Shown piece after piece: positions 25,957 through 36,320 of a DNA stretch of 64,000 bases. The position numbers and the translations under genes are program-made. The DNA comes from an uncultured virus (IMG/VR IMGVR_UViG_3300032335_000575) (lineage: Duplodnaviria > Heunggongvirae > Uroviricota > Caudoviricetes): the IMG/VR virus record IMGVR_UViG_3300032335_000575; one strand, 5' to 3'. Below the pieces are notes generated by a model. That model saw only the letters and a list, made by a program, of their open reading frames with translations. It did not search any database and was not told the DNA's origin. Each line of letters starts with the position of its first letter. Positions within the stretch are counted from its first letter, which is position 1.

Positions 25957-26882
25957 CGTACTGCCTTCTTTCCGTGCACCATGTGACGAGCGTTGTCTAG
26001 GCCGTACTGTATCTCGGCTTTGCTCATTCCGCCAACATCTTTCATGTCGGTCTGCTCGTAGTTAAAGAACCAAGCTTCCTTTCCATACTCTTGACATAGG
26101 ATTAAAAGATTAACTGAAGACTCACGGCCAGAGGTGTCGTTGTCCATAGCAAAGATAACCCTATCGGCTCCCCTAATAACATTAAACTGTTGCATAGAGA
26201 CGATAGAACCGTAGGTACTAACACCTCCCTTAATACCTACAGATGCTAAACGCACAACGTCAAGCGGAGACTCAACAACAATCATGTCCCCGCCTGTGTA
26301 TTGTTTAAAACCAAATAAGGAATTACTTTTCTGTACGCCAGTAGGTTGGTTTCTAAAAAACCTAGACTTGTGACCCTTCTCCTGCCATCCCAAAAGCTTG
26401 TGGGTGTACGGGTCGCGTATAACAGTAATCCAATTGCTGTGTCGGTTGTCCCATAGAACTTCATAGTCTGCTGCCGCAGACGCTGCTAAGCCTCTAGCCT
26501 TTAATGCTTCCTCTGGTGGCGTACCAAACGCAGATAGCATTGACTCAGTTATATAAGTCAGCTCTTCAAATACTTTTTTAGGCTTTACTGCTTTTTGTAA
26601 TGCAGCACTAAGATTTGTTGTTCCATCTTCAAGCCACTCTTTAGATTTGTCGAAGTCCCATTTTTGAATATAAGAGACCAGGGACAACAACCCACCTTTG
26701 AAGTGGCATGAAAAACAGATATGAGCACCTGTGTCTGAGTTAATCCACCACGACGGGTTACGGTCTTCGTGACCTGTACGCTCAACGTGTGCTGGGCAAT
26801 AGCCTTGGATTTCGGAACCTCTAGTAGAGACAATTTCAATACCTAGCCTTTCGAGTGTGTCTTCCATTTCCTCTATGGTCAT
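25953..26882 (-). CDS. DNA primase (Zn finger plus TOPRIM)
   Basis: CP.H...CFSC; VES.LD; MDND. Confidence 0.92.
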   Translation of the reverse strand: MTIEEMEDTLERLGIEIVSTRGSEIQGYCPAHVERTGHEDRNPSWWINSDTGAHICFSCHFKGGLLSLVSYIQKWDFDKSKEWLEDGTTNLSAALQKAVKPKKVFEELTYITESMLSAFGTPPEEALKARGLAASAAADYEVLWDNRHSNWITVIRDPYTHKLLGWQEKGHKSRFFRNQPTGVQKSNSLFGFKQYTGGDMIVVESPLDVVRLASVGIKGGVSTYGSIVSMQQFNVIRGADRVIFAMDNDTSGRESSVNLLILCQEYGKEAWFFNYEQTDMKDVGGMSKAEIQYGLDNARHMVHGKKAVR

Positions 26883-28102
26883 AGGTCACTTCCATCAATC
26901 TCACGGAACTGGCCATTATTCCAATCCCACATAAGTGATACTTCTGCGCGACCAGAGTTACGACTGTCAAGAATCTTTAGTAGACGTGTGTCGTCTACCG
27001 CTTCATCTTCACGCTGTAAACCAAACAAGACGTCTGCGTCTTGATGGAAAGATGATGAGTAACCAATAGAGTCAGCAGTTACTTGACCCTTGCTCATCTT
27101 CCATTTCAATGCCTGAGTTGATACAACAATAGGCACTTTAAACTTTTGAGCCATGCGCTTTAAAGAACGGGTGATGTTAGTGATAGCAAGGGGCTCGTTT
27201 GACTTACCAGTCTGCTCATCAATCATTAAGTAGGTACCATCAATAAAGACAATGTCTGGATGCAGTACCTGAATCTTGCTGGCGATACCAGTTACAGTCA
27301 TGCCTGATGCAGCGTCTACTAACCAAAACTTCTCACGCATCTTTGTAATGTTCTCAAGCTTCTGCTTGTATCTTGCTTCTTCTTCTGGTGTAAGTAACCC
27401 ATTGATAAGTCTGCTGTGAGAGATGCGGGCTCGCATAGAGTCATAACGAGTAATCTGTTCGCTGTTGCTCATCTCAAAAGATTGGAACATAACTTTCTTA
27501 TCTTGCATGTGCACGTTCTGTGCAATCTGTAATGCAAGTGTTGACTTACCAGTCTTAGGTGGAGCCACAATAACAATTAGCTGACCGTCTTGTAGACCGC
27601 CAGTTGCTAGGTCCATAGTTGGGAACCCTGTCGGAACTCCAAGAAGTCCTGGATTGTTCTTGCGGTACTCATACTCATCCCAACGAGATAGAGGCTCGTT
27701 AGTTACATCTAAGTCGCTGCTCTTACTTAGGCCATCCTCTTCAAGACTAGAGATACCGCTCTGTAATGTAAGCAACGCTGTCTCATGGTCTTGAGCATCA
27801 ATAAATTTAATAGCCCCATCAATCATCCTGATGGTGGCTGCAACACGGCGCTCTTTAACTACAACATCAATTAAATACTCTAAAGAATCATGTACATCTA
27901 CTAACTTATAGTTAGGAAAGTTTTGTCTGATTACATCAAGGCTTGGAACTTCAGCATAAGTGGTGAAATGTTCACGGGTTAATTTCCATACCTGTTTATT
28001 ATCTGGGTCAACGAACCAGGAGTCATGGACACCGCGTTCAAATAGAAGAGCTAGGTCGCGGTCAGCAAGTACTTTGCTTAATAATTTAGTTTCATTGTTC
28101 AT
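26879..28102 (-). CDS. dnaB: DnaB-like replicative helicase
   Basis: GVPTGF..MD..TGG, APPKTGKS, FEM, FIDG, QDAD. Confidence 0.93.
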   Translation of the reverse strand: MNNETKLLSKVLADRDLALLFERGVHDSWFVDPDNKQVWKLTREHFTTYAEVPSLDVIRQNFPNYKLVDVHDSLEYLIDVVVKERRVAATIRMIDGAIKFIDAQDHETALLTLQSGISSLEEDGLSKSSDLDVTNEPLSRWDEYEYRKNNPGLLGVPTGFPTMDLATGGLQDGQLIVIVAPPKTGKSTLALQIAQNVHMQDKKVMFQSFEMSNSEQITRYDSMRARISHSRLINGLLTPEEEARYKQKLENITKMREKFWLVDAASGMTVTGIASKIQVLHPDIVFIDGTYLMIDEQTGKSNEPLAITNITRSLKRMAQKFKVPIVVSTQALKWKMSKGQVTADSIGYSSSFHQDADVLFGLQREDEAVDDTRLLKILDSRNSGRAEVSLMWDWNNGQFREIDGSDL

Positions 28103-28506
28103 AAGCCTTTAAAGTCTCGCCCCCAGTGCCCGTATCGTAGAAGTCTTGATTGTATATCAACAACACCTACAACTTCGGGTCTGAGAGGTAACTCAGATAC
28201 CAAATGGTTGACCGTGTCGTATGCCGTGAAGTATCTAAACGGGTTAGTACCTGCCTTGTCAAGCTGGTCAACCAATGTAGATAAATCTTGTTCCGTTAAA
28301 TCATATGAGACAAGCTCTAATGTAAAGCCTGTTCTGTTTGTATACAGATACAACCAGCTAAGGATGGCTCTGTCAATCTTTTTGTCTATCTTAACAGTTG
28401 GAATTATTTTAAGTTTCTTGCCTTTTTTAATTTCAAGTGTTAAGAAAATGTCGGTGGTAACCAGTAGCCTTTTTGGTAACTCGTTACTTATATCCCCATG
28501 CTTCAT
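28099..28506 (-). CDS. hypothetical protein
   Basis: ATGA-coupled to dnaB. Confidence 0.75.
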   Translation of the reverse strand: MKHGDISNELPKRLLVTTDIFLTLEIKKGKKLKIIPTVKIDKKIDRAILSWLYLYTNRTGFTLELVSYDLTEQDLSTLVDQLDKAGTNPFRYFTAYDTVNHLVSELPLRPEVVGVVDIQSRLLRYGHWGRDFKGL

Positions 28507-28510
28507 GGGG

Positions 28511-28825
28511 TTAGAATACCTCTATCTTTCCAAACTTAATGACAAATTCTCGAAAGTTGGTATTAGATTGGCGAGCCTTTTCCGCATCGTCTTTGGATGC
28601 ACGGCTAGAAATTTCTAAAGGATAGTTGCCGTTATTATTTTCAATGCGCGTCTTTACAAACTTAACATGCTTGCAAGTGGCACGACCTTTAAAGCCAGGG
28701 CATGTACAAAATAATTTCTCAGTTCCTTCTTGAACCGATACTTCGTAGATTCCTGGACCTGGGGTCTGAGTCTGGCTTAGGAAAACCTGCACCAGTCTGT
28801 ACTCTTCATTCACAGCATTCCTCAT
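28511..28825 (-). CDS. SWIM Zn-finger protein
   Basis: CTCPGF....CKH. Confidence 0.8.
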   Translation of the reverse strand: MRNAVNEEYRLVQVFLSQTQTPGPGIYEVSVQEGTEKLFCTCPGFKGRATCKHVKFVKTRIENNNGNYPLEISSRASKDDAEKARQSNTNFREFVIKFGKIEVF

Positions 28826-29511
28826 TTACGTAGGTCTCCTCTTTGTGACACGACTGGTAGATAGGCAAACGCACCTCTTGCGAAACTCTCTGTTGCGTCT
28901 CCATAGAGGCCTGCCCAATCATTTAGTTCTACGTTTGTTGTAATGATAGTTGGTAATCCGTTGTTATATCTAGTGCGCAAAAGATGATGGAGCATGTTCT
29001 TTTGCCACCCAGAGAGACCCGCATGTTCCTTGCCAATATCGTCTAAAACTAATACACGAATATTGTAGGCATCCGCTAAAGACTCACCTAGAACACCATG
29101 ATAGAGGGTGTCTTGGTCATCTGTCGGCTCATTCATCATAGAACCTTTGAGATTTAAGAAATCATTAAAGGTCATAAAGTAACAAGGCCTAATCAATGAC
29201 TCACTAGCCTTTACGTCAAAAGCCTCAATTGGCAGGGTTAACATCATTTCTTGGATAGTCGACAAAGCTAAAGTAGTTTTTCCACGCCCTGGGTTGCCGT
29301 ATAATAGAAGACCTTTTCCACATGATGGATTACCAGCGGCCCGTACTACTTTGCCATCAGCCACAGCCTGAACCCAAGCACGTATCTTTTTAATATCTTC
29401 TTGGTCTGATTGTTGGCAGTCATCTAAAGTCCAACCCTGAAGTAGGTAGGGAATACCAGCAGACTGTATCCAAGAACGACGTCTAACTTTTTGTTCTTCT
29501 AACTTATACAT
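28822..29511 (-). CDS. DnaC/IstB-like AAA+ helicase loader
   Basis: GLLLYGNPGRGKT, LVLDDIGKE, R.NN.LPTIITTN; start MYKL after GGAGGG. Confidence 0.9.
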   Translation of the reverse strand: MYKLEEQKVRRRSWIQSAGIPYLLQGWTLDDCQQSDQEDIKKIRAWVQAVADGKVVRAAGNPSCGKGLLLYGNPGRGKTTLALSTIQEMMLTLPIEAFDVKASESLIRPCYFMTFNDFLNLKGSMMNEPTDDQDTLYHGVLGESLADAYNIRVLVLDDIGKEHAGLSGWQKNMLHHLLRTRYNNGLPTIITTNVELNDWAGLYGDATESFARGAFAYLPVVSQRGDLRK

Positions 29512-30424
29512 TAAAACCCTCCCATGATTTAGATGCGTCATCCTTAAGTGCTGCAACATCAACGTCAGTGTTATTACTTCTGCGAATGTCTGGAAGCATA
29601 CCTGGTGCTCTTTTCGCAAACATACGCCACACCATATCTGGGTTGTCAAGTCTCTTGTCGTGCTTGATAGTTGATAAGAACCTGTCAATTAAAGTTTTTT
29701 CTTCTTCGCCATTAGTACCATGCTTTTCGCGGAGCAACTCAATAGCACCATTTAATCCAGAACGGTTAGCTGTCCACTCAGCAATGTGCCAGATTTGTTT
29801 CATCTGGTCCGCAAAGTATGTAGAGACCTGGCTAGGTGTCCAGTCCTTAGTCTCACGGCTAGCAAGTTCAATAACTTTATCCGAGTGACGACTTTGACGA
29901 GCCTCTGTTTTTTCGCGGCGCTTTCGCTCGCGGTCCTTTGCTTTTAGTTCCGCCAAGTCATCAGGGTCAATTGGGTCCCCGCCTAACATCTGTTCTCCAA
30001 TCTTTAGGTCCATAGTTTCAAAAGTTTCATTGTGGTCCGACTCCGTCGGACCCTCTTTTAATAAAGAATTTGTATATAGACTATTAGGATAATTAGCTAT
30101 ATTGCTATTCTGTGGAATGGAGTTGCCTTTTTTGGCATGCGGTCCGCGTTCCTTTTTGGCACTCCGTCCAGGTGCCTTTTCGGCATACCGTGACAGATAC
30201 TCTAGTCCCTCTTCAGTGATTAGCAACTGACTCCAGTAGTGACCGCCCTGACCCCTACCCTTCTCTAGGGCCACGTAGCCCCTAGAACGGAGCTCAGTCA
30301 GCCCTGAGCGGATTACCTTAACACCCGTCTGGAAGGCCTCAGAAAGGCCCTCAGCGCCCCGTAGAGCCCCGAATGAGCGAATATGTAGGAGTATACCTAG
30401 GGCTTTAGGGCTTATCGGTTCCAT
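29504..30424 (-). CDS. HTH replication initiator-like protein
   Basis: N-terminal wHTH (S.KA.G.L...L.EL...GY), internal iterons, upstream of the DnaC-like gene; start MEPIS. Confidence 0.7.
   Translation of the reverse strand: MEPISPKALGILLHIRSFGALRGAEGLSEAFQTGVKVIRSGLTELRSRGYVALEKGRGQGGHYWSQLLITEEGLEYLSRYAEKAPGRSAKKERGPHAKKGNSIPQNSNIANYPNSLYTNSLLKEGPTESDHNETFETMDLKIGEQMLGGDPIDPDDLAELKAKDRERKRREKTEARQSRHSDKVIELASRETKDWTPSQVSTYFADQMKQIWHIAEWTANRSGLNGAIELLREKHGTNGEEEKTLIDRFLSTIKHDKRLDNPDMVWRMFAKRAPGMLPDIRRSNNTDVDVAALKDDASKSWEGFNV
30056..30185. repeat. three iterons at 24-bp period plus AT-rich tract (putative origin)
   Basis: TGCCTTTTTTGGCA, TTCCTTTTTGGCA and TGCCTTTTCGGCA ending at 30137, 30161 and 30185. 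Confidence 0.7.
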
Positions 30425-31076
30425 CACCCTTAGCCTTCTCCAGTTCCTCAATAAATACCTTAGCAAAGATACGGGCTATGGCTTCGATTCCTTGATGGAG
30501 ATTCTCCATATCCTCGACCTCGTCTTCTTCTTCGTCGTCTTCCCAATCTTCTTCTTCGTCTTCGTAATCTTCTTCCTCCTCCTGAACAATAGGAGCCTCT
30601 TTCTTTTCTATAACCTCTTCCTTTGGAAACTCTGGCTCTTTGATTGCCTTGATATCTGGAGCAGCAGAGATAGGCGCAAGTCCATCACTTAAATCAAAAC
30701 AAGGAACGTCGTTCTCTTTACAGACTGCCAAGATGTGCTGGGAGTCCTGGTCTTCATCATCCCACAAGATAAATGCTGAGGTCCTAGAGCTCTTTAATTT
30801 TGATGCAGCTTCCTCGAACGGCTTTATAGTTACGTTCATACTGGCCGCGGGTATACCTTCGTGTGTGGCATCCTCGGGAGCAAAGATTAAAATATCTTTG
30901 TGTTTATCTTTTGCGTACTGGGCAGCAAAGACTTGGCCTTGTGACGGCTTTAATTTATATGGGAGTACTAAAAAACCCTCGTTACCATTTGCATAGTAAT
31001 AATCTTCCATAAGGGCTTCAATATTTGCCCGACTTGTTTCTCCGTTACCACCTACGATAACAAAGTACTTTTCCAT
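30405..31076 (-). CDS. hypothetical protein with Rossmann-like N-terminus and D/E-rich tract
   Basis: AAGGAGG RBS; acidic run. Confidence 0.75.
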   Translation of the reverse strand: MEKYFVIVGGNGETSRANIEALMEDYYYANGNEGFLVLPYKLKPSQGQVFAAQYAKDKHKDILIFAPEDATHEGIPAASMNVTIKPFEEAASKLKSSRTSAFILWDDEDQDSQHILAVCKENDVPCFDLSDGLAPISAAPDIKAIKEPEFPKEEVIEKKEAPIVQEEEEDYEDEEEDWEDDEEEDEVEDMENLHQGIEAIARIFAKVFIEELEKAKGDGTDKP

Positions 31077-31114
31077 AAGACCTCCTTGTTAGGAGACCCA
31101 TACTACACAATTTC

Positions 31115-31396
31115 TTATTCTGGTCTAGTCGGGTTAACAACGGCGGGTTTGTATACAGCCACCCGTTCTACAATAGCTAGCAAGGCTGAGCCAAGAAACG
31201 CACCAGATACGGCATATAGTACGACTCCCTTGATAGTTGAAACTTCAACTAACCAACAGGCAACGCTTGAAAAACTAATTGAGGAAATAGCATTGGTAAC
31301 CCTATTACTAATAAAAATACTTAGAATAGAAACTAGAGGTTCTATAACAGCAAGCAGAAAGGCTGTAAAGCATCCGATGAGTATTAGGTCTAGCAT
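31115..31396 (-). CDS. small 3-TM membrane protein (holin-like)
   Basis: Hydrophobic segments; at the end of the structural block. Confidence 0.55.
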   Translation of the reverse strand: MLDLILIGCFTAFLLAVIEPLVSILSIFISNRVTNAISSISFSSVACWLVEVSTIKGVVLYAVSGAFLGSALLAIVERVAVYKPAVVNPTRPE

Positions 31397-31408
31397 AGGG
31401 CTATCCTA

Positions 31409-34198
31409 CTACGTCTTTGGTTGAGCAAGATACACGGCATAGGAAGCACCTAGGCCTACGTACTCGTCAAGGGCTCCTGCGTTCATACGGCTTTCAATTG
31501 CAACACGGTTCTTGTAGTAGTGGCTACGCCCAGCATTGGGGGTAGCACCTTCCCAGAAGAGCTCAGCTGTAGAGCTAAAGCCTACGCTGCCGTCAAAGTA
31601 CTCTAATACAAAGAAGCTATTTTCAAATAGAGCAGCGTCTGTATAAAGGATGTTTGATGCCGCTAGCGGTGTCCAGGCCAGCTGCACGTGTGCGTAAGCT
31701 GCGTTATCTGGAGCTACAGCTGTGACTGAAGCGCGTACCCATCCAGTAGCGTTAACAGGAAATGCACTTCCCGACGCTGTACTAATAACTGTCTTGCTTG
31801 AGTTGTACCAAACAATAGACGGTGTTACAGGGTTAGAGGTCTGCCCAGCTTTTACGTACACACTAAATGAGTAGGCTGTCTCAGGGTAGTAGATTCCCAT
31901 AAGGTCAGCTGATGTTGTAGTTGACTTAATTAAAACTTGGGTGGTTCCTGAAGATGTAACTCTAAACGCGTTTCCAGATTTGTAGACTTCTCCAACAGTA
32001 ACCGCTGTTGGAACAACCGTTGAACCAGACGCATTAAAGGTTAGCTCATTATCACCAGCTGAGAGTAACGTTTTTACTCCATCAAATGGGGCACCCATAT
32101 TTGTAACAACTACAACATCGCCAGATTTGTAAGTATGAACTATATCTGTAATAAGCTTTGCTACTCCAGCTGTTAGCTGCTTACTTGTTACTTTGTAAAA
32201 ATCAATGTTAGGTTCTGCGGAACCACTAACTACAGAAGAGGTTGCGTTGGTCACTGACCATGGGGTGGTAGGAGATTCAAACCTAGGGTTCTTAAGTTCA
32301 TTAATTCTGTTTGCTTTAAAAGTTAAATGTACAGTTCTAGCATCATCATAAGAGGTTACTGTGGCTGATTTTTCAAACTGAGCGGCGTCAATAAAATGAT
32401 ACTCATTTAAAGAGCTAGCGCCAACGCTTGAGATAATAATCTGTGGTACAGCGTAGTAAGACTCTTGAGCTTTCTGTACAGTTAATTGAAGCCCAGACCC
32501 AGTACCACCAAGTAGTGAGTTGTTGATAGTAAACACTGTAGTTGTATCAGCACCAGCTCCACCATTAGGGATAGATGCAGATAGTACGACACCGCCGCTA
32601 ATAAATACGTTTGCTAAAGGAGTAATAGTTGGTTGCTTTCCAGACACATAAGTAAGAGGAACGTTAGTAAATGAGCCATTACCATACCCAGTTCCACCAC
32701 TAGTAATAGCATTTAAAAATAGTTTTGTAGGGGCAATGTCCGTTACAAATGGGCGAGCGCCTAGCGACCCCACGGTATTACTTACAGAAGTACCAGTAGA
32801 AGTTTGGATTAAAACACCAAAACGGTCGTACCATTTAACAGCAGCCTGCATAGAACGAGAGTTTAAATTAGAACCGCTGTAGAAACTAAAGGTATAAGTT
32901 TGACCACTGTCAACAGGTACGCCATCAGTAATAGGGTTGTTATCTCCACAAGACAGGGTTACTTCAGCAGTTTCATTTAAAGCATTTTTTATGGCTAACA
33001 AGCCTTTTCTTTTATTAGGAAACAAAGCTGGAGTTGTTGCTTCAATCCATGGCTCTGGTTGCGGAAGAATGTAGGGCGCTTCATCAGTTGCGTAGTTGTA
33101 GGCATTACGTAAAGATATATCAGGTGAGGTCAAAGAATAGGAAATAGAGTTGCTATCTACTGCTGTAATAGCTACAGACGTAACTGTTTTATTAAAGATA
33201 GGGTAAGGAACGTTAAAGATAAAAATCTTCATGCCAACTTTATATCCGTGGGAACCCACGTATAGTCGACCTGTATTACCTACTACCGCAACCTGAGTAA
33301 TATCTTTTCTAGCAACTTGAGATAAGGTACCGCTAGAGTTTGGGGATAACCAGTGACCAATACCTTCTTCAAAAGAAGCGTCGTTGTAATCAAGAAGAAT
33401 ATTGTGACTTACTTGAATGCCCTCAGTTGGTGGGTTGGTGACAGTAGCATCTTTGTTCTCAATAACTCCCCATCCAGTAAACCCACGAACATAGTTACGA
33501 AGTCCGTCACGGCTTCCTTTTGACTTCTCTACAATAAGGGCGTCACGCAGTAGAACACGAGAACGTTCAAACCCAATCTCAGGTTCATAGTTAATACCAA
33601 ACTGAGTTAACAATGGTGCTAGAAGTACTCCAGGAGTTTTTTCTGGGTTGTACTTCTCTCTAGATATCTGAGCTAATGATTTAATATAATCAAACTGAAA
33701 CCCAAAAAGACCTAGGAAGTTTCTTAAATCTGCGTTATCTGTTCCAGAGTTTGCTGTGTATGGCTGAGTTAACTTCATAGCTTCTGGGATGTACTCATAT
33801 AGTTTTGTCTGCATCTTGTAATTAAACACAGACAAGCCAGATACTCGCCCAGCAATTACCCATTGAAGCTGTGTTGTTTCTAGTACAAACAGGGAGTAGT
33901 AAAAGATTCTTGGTTCCGTAGCTGGAAGCGTATCGTCAAAGAACTGGGGGTCTAAACCACGTGTAGTATCAAAGACAGTCAACCCATCCGTAATGTTTAC
34001 AGGGTAGCCGTACTTGTTTCTTACAATCTTGAGTTTTGCCCAGGCTCCAACAGGAGTAGTCCATGACAAAGTAATCTTTCCATAGGAAGTAGAAAGAGCC
34101 TGAAAGTCTTCGGCTACAAATGAAAGCGGAGAATCGGGACCATAGTAGCTTAGAGGAAAATCTAAATTGCTATAGTAATCAAGACCATAACGTGCCAT
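31409..34198 (-). CDS. baseplate/tail protein (gpI-like N-region, carbohydrate-binding-like modules)
   Basis: Follows baseplate J; LY..IP...D...L..FL, KGS..G; repeated ASFE/NP.FE...W modules. Confidence 0.75.
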   Translation of the reverse strand: MARYGLDYYSNLDFPLSYYGPDSPLSFVAEDFQALSTSYGKITLSWTTPVGAWAKLKIVRNKYGYPVNITDGLTVFDTTRGLDPQFFDDTLPATEPRIFYYSLFVLETTQLQWVIAGRVSGLSVFNYKMQTKLYEYIPEAMKLTQPYTANSGTDNADLRNFLGLFGFQFDYIKSLAQISREKYNPEKTPGVLLAPLLTQFGINYEPEIGFERSRVLLRDALIVEKSKGSRDGLRNYVRGFTGWGVIENKDATVTNPPTEGIQVSHNILLDYNDASFEEGIGHWLSPNSSGTLSQVARKDITQVAVVGNTGRLYVGSHGYKVGMKIFIFNVPYPIFNKTVTSVAITAVDSNSISYSLTSPDISLRNAYNYATDEAPYILPQPEPWIEATTPALFPNKRKGLLAIKNALNETAEVTLSCGDNNPITDGVPVDSGQTYTFSFYSGSNLNSRSMQAAVKWYDRFGVLIQTSTGTSVSNTVGSLGARPFVTDIAPTKLFLNAITSGGTGYGNGSFTNVPLTYVSGKQPTITPLANVFISGGVVLSASIPNGGAGADTTTVFTINNSLLGGTGSGLQLTVQKAQESYYAVPQIIISSVGASSLNEYHFIDAAQFEKSATVTSYDDARTVHLTFKANRINELKNPRFESPTTPWSVTNATSSVVSGSAEPNIDFYKVTSKQLTAGVAKLITDIVHTYKSGDVVVVTNMGAPFDGVKTLLSAGDNELTFNASGSTVVPTAVTVGEVYKSGNAFRVTSSGTTQVLIKSTTTSADLMGIYYPETAYSFSVYVKAGQTSNPVTPSIVWYNSSKTVISTASGSAFPVNATGWVRASVTAVAPDNAAYAHVQLAWTPLAASNILYTDAALFENSFFVLEYFDGSVGFSSTAELFWEGATPNAGRSHYYKNRVAIESRMNAGALDEYVGLGASYAVYLAQPKT

Positions 34199-35910
34199 TA
34201 GAGAGTAATACCTCCAGAAGCATTAATAGTTAGACTTGAAAGTGTTGGGAGCTCACTCTTAGCACACTCAATATCATTAACTTCATATACGGTAATAGAG
34301 CCCGTAGCGGCAGCAGTGCTGACGTTGTTAAAAAGGGCTTCATATGAAATAGTATTGGCACCCTTAGCTGTCACTCTTGCAACACCATTAAAGGTACTAT
34401 CTACACCAGTCACAGATATAAACTGACCAACAGTTACGTTGTGGTTTATTGAAGTTGTAAGTGTTGCAACTCCACCACTAAGCACTTTATTAGTTACAGT
34501 AAATGTCTGGTCGCTAGCTGTTCTTACAAGCTTCTGTAAGTTAGCACGGCTAACGCCTTCAACTCCATCCATAGCTTTTAATACATCAGAGTAACTAATG
34601 TAATCATTAAACACTACGTTATTAAAGTCGAATAGATTTTGAACTGCGGCCTTAACGTTTTCCAACACCTTATCCTGTCGATAGGTAGGCAGAACAATAA
34701 TGCCTCCAGCAACAGTTACTTGAACGTAAGTAGGTGGTTGAAGTGTTACCGTAGTTCCAGCTGGAATCTTATCAACTAGGTATTCGTCAATCTCAGTCTT
34801 CAAGTTGTTAAAGACTACGGATGTTGTAATACCATCGCTTTGTAGGCCGCTGTCTCCATAAGGAGCAAAGTAAACAGTTACGCTGCTATACACATCTGCA
34901 ACAGATATAGCTTTAGCCACACCTGATACTTGAATTACAAGAGACGCGTAGTCACTTAGAGACACAGCTCTGTTCAAGGCTCTAATACTCTTAGGAGCAT
35001 TAATACGGATAGAGTCTGTTGACTCTTCATCCGCACCGCCAGAAGCAGCGCCAGAGATTAGACCTGAGTTTTGGTTATTTACAGACAGTCCGTTTGAGGC
35101 ATTAGTTTTAATGTATTTAATTGTGTTAGCAGGAATGTTTCCAGATGTTCCACCACCTACGCGATAGGTAGCTTCAAGGCTCACACCATTTAATGGGATT
35201 CTTCCACTGATGCTGTCACCAAACTGAACAAAGGTTGTTCCATCAGAGTTTGTATAAGTAGAAAACACTGGGTCGTATCCGCTGTAGTCAACTAGGTAAG
35301 GAACTTCTGTATAGATAACGCCGTTGACGTCAATCAAAATACTTCCTTTAATAACTGATAGCTCTCCAAGTTCAAAGACCTGGTTAGCGCTTCCATCAGA
35401 TGTTCCAATAGACTCTGCTTCAACAGTTTCACCCTGTGTAGCGGTTACAGTATTAGAGCCATTAGTAGAACCAGATTTAGCTGGTACTGTAATTGCACTA
35501 TTTGTTTCAAATAGAATCTGTGAGGTGACGCCGTTGTTAGTTACGTTAGCTGCAACTTTTGTACGCTTTGGTACAGTAATAATGTTGGCAGAAGAGTTTT
35601 GAAAAGTAAGAAGTACTTCTGACGGAGTTGTTCTTGTTGGGGTATAACCAAGTAGGCGGGCAATCTGAAGGACAGACTCTCGCTGGCTAGCAGTCTCAAT
35701 GAAGGATTCGTTTGCTGTGCGGTCAATGTAGTAGTGCAAACCATCGCCAATATAAGCAAACAACTCCAATATTGTCATGCCAAAATCCGCTGGGTCGCGG
35801 TTGGTCCACTGAGGAGCGTAGTAGGGGATTAACTCAATTAGGTCTTCTCGAATAGACGAGTAGTCTCTAGACGTATAATCAACTTGGGGGATGTAGTTAT
35901 CGTCAGCCAT
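34198..35910 (-). CDS. baseplate wedge protein (J-like)
   Basis: DYTSRDY, WT...PADFG, GG..GN, GGAD.ES, RAV...DY. Confidence 0.93.
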   Translation of the reverse strand: MADDNYIPQVDYTSRDYSSIREDLIELIPYYAPQWTNRDPADFGMTILELFAYIGDGLHYYIDRTANESFIETASQRESVLQIARLLGYTPTRTTPSEVLLTFQNSSANIITVPKRTKVAANVTNNGVTSQILFETNSAITVPAKSGSTNGSNTVTATQGETVEAESIGTSDGSANQVFELGELSVIKGSILIDVNGVIYTEVPYLVDYSGYDPVFSTYTNSDGTTFVQFGDSISGRIPLNGVSLEATYRVGGGTSGNIPANTIKYIKTNASNGLSVNNQNSGLISGAASGGADEESTDSIRINAPKSIRALNRAVSLSDYASLVIQVSGVAKAISVADVYSSVTVYFAPYGDSGLQSDGITTSVVFNNLKTEIDEYLVDKIPAGTTVTLQPPTYVQVTVAGGIIVLPTYRQDKVLENVKAAVQNLFDFNNVVFNDYISYSDVLKAMDGVEGVSRANLQKLVRTASDQTFTVTNKVLSGGVATLTTSINHNVTVGQFISVTGVDSTFNGVARVTAKGANTISYEALFNNVSTAAATGSITVYEVNDIECAKSELPTLSSLTINASGGITL

Positions 35911-36320
35911 TATCTAGGCACCTCCAGTAGTGTCTCTCCTGCTCTGCTTAGGATAGCAGTCTTTATCGTTACACTCTCGCTTATCGTGTCTCCCGCATAT
36001 GTGTAAAAGACATCGAAGTAGTGCTGCTCGCTACTATCTAAGTTATAAGTAACCTTGGTTAAACTTAATGGCTTTAGCCACATACCAAAGGCGGTTGTTA
36101 CAGCCTGATTGATTAAACTTTTAGCAAGTTCTTCTGGTTCAAATACAGCGCTTTTAGCTCCGCTTCCAAAGTTTGGTCGCATAACTCTTTCACCGTAGGC
36201 AGTCATAATTGCAATAACAACTCGGTCCTGCCATATTTTTTTAGGGTCGTTTGTTACAGTAATCGACCCATTTGAGTTAAAAGAAAACGGCAAACTTATA
36301 GCCGTTGATACATCACTCAT
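35910..36320 (-). CDS. gp25/GPW-like baseplate wedge subunit
   Basis: ISLPF, T..GERVMRPNFG. Confidence 0.9.
   Translation of the reverse strand: MSDVSTAISLPFSFNSNGSITVTNDPKKIWQDRVVIAIMTAYGERVMRPNFGSGAKSAVFEPEELAKSLINQAVTTAFGMWLKPLSLTKVTYNLDSSEQHYFDVFYTYAGDTISESVTIKTAILSRAGETLLEVPR

Noticed and set aside
1264..28102. Inteins or introns in RNR, RecA, PolA, SNF2 or DnaB
   Set aside because: Proteins are normal length with contiguous motifs; no splice-junction or homing endonuclease motifs seen
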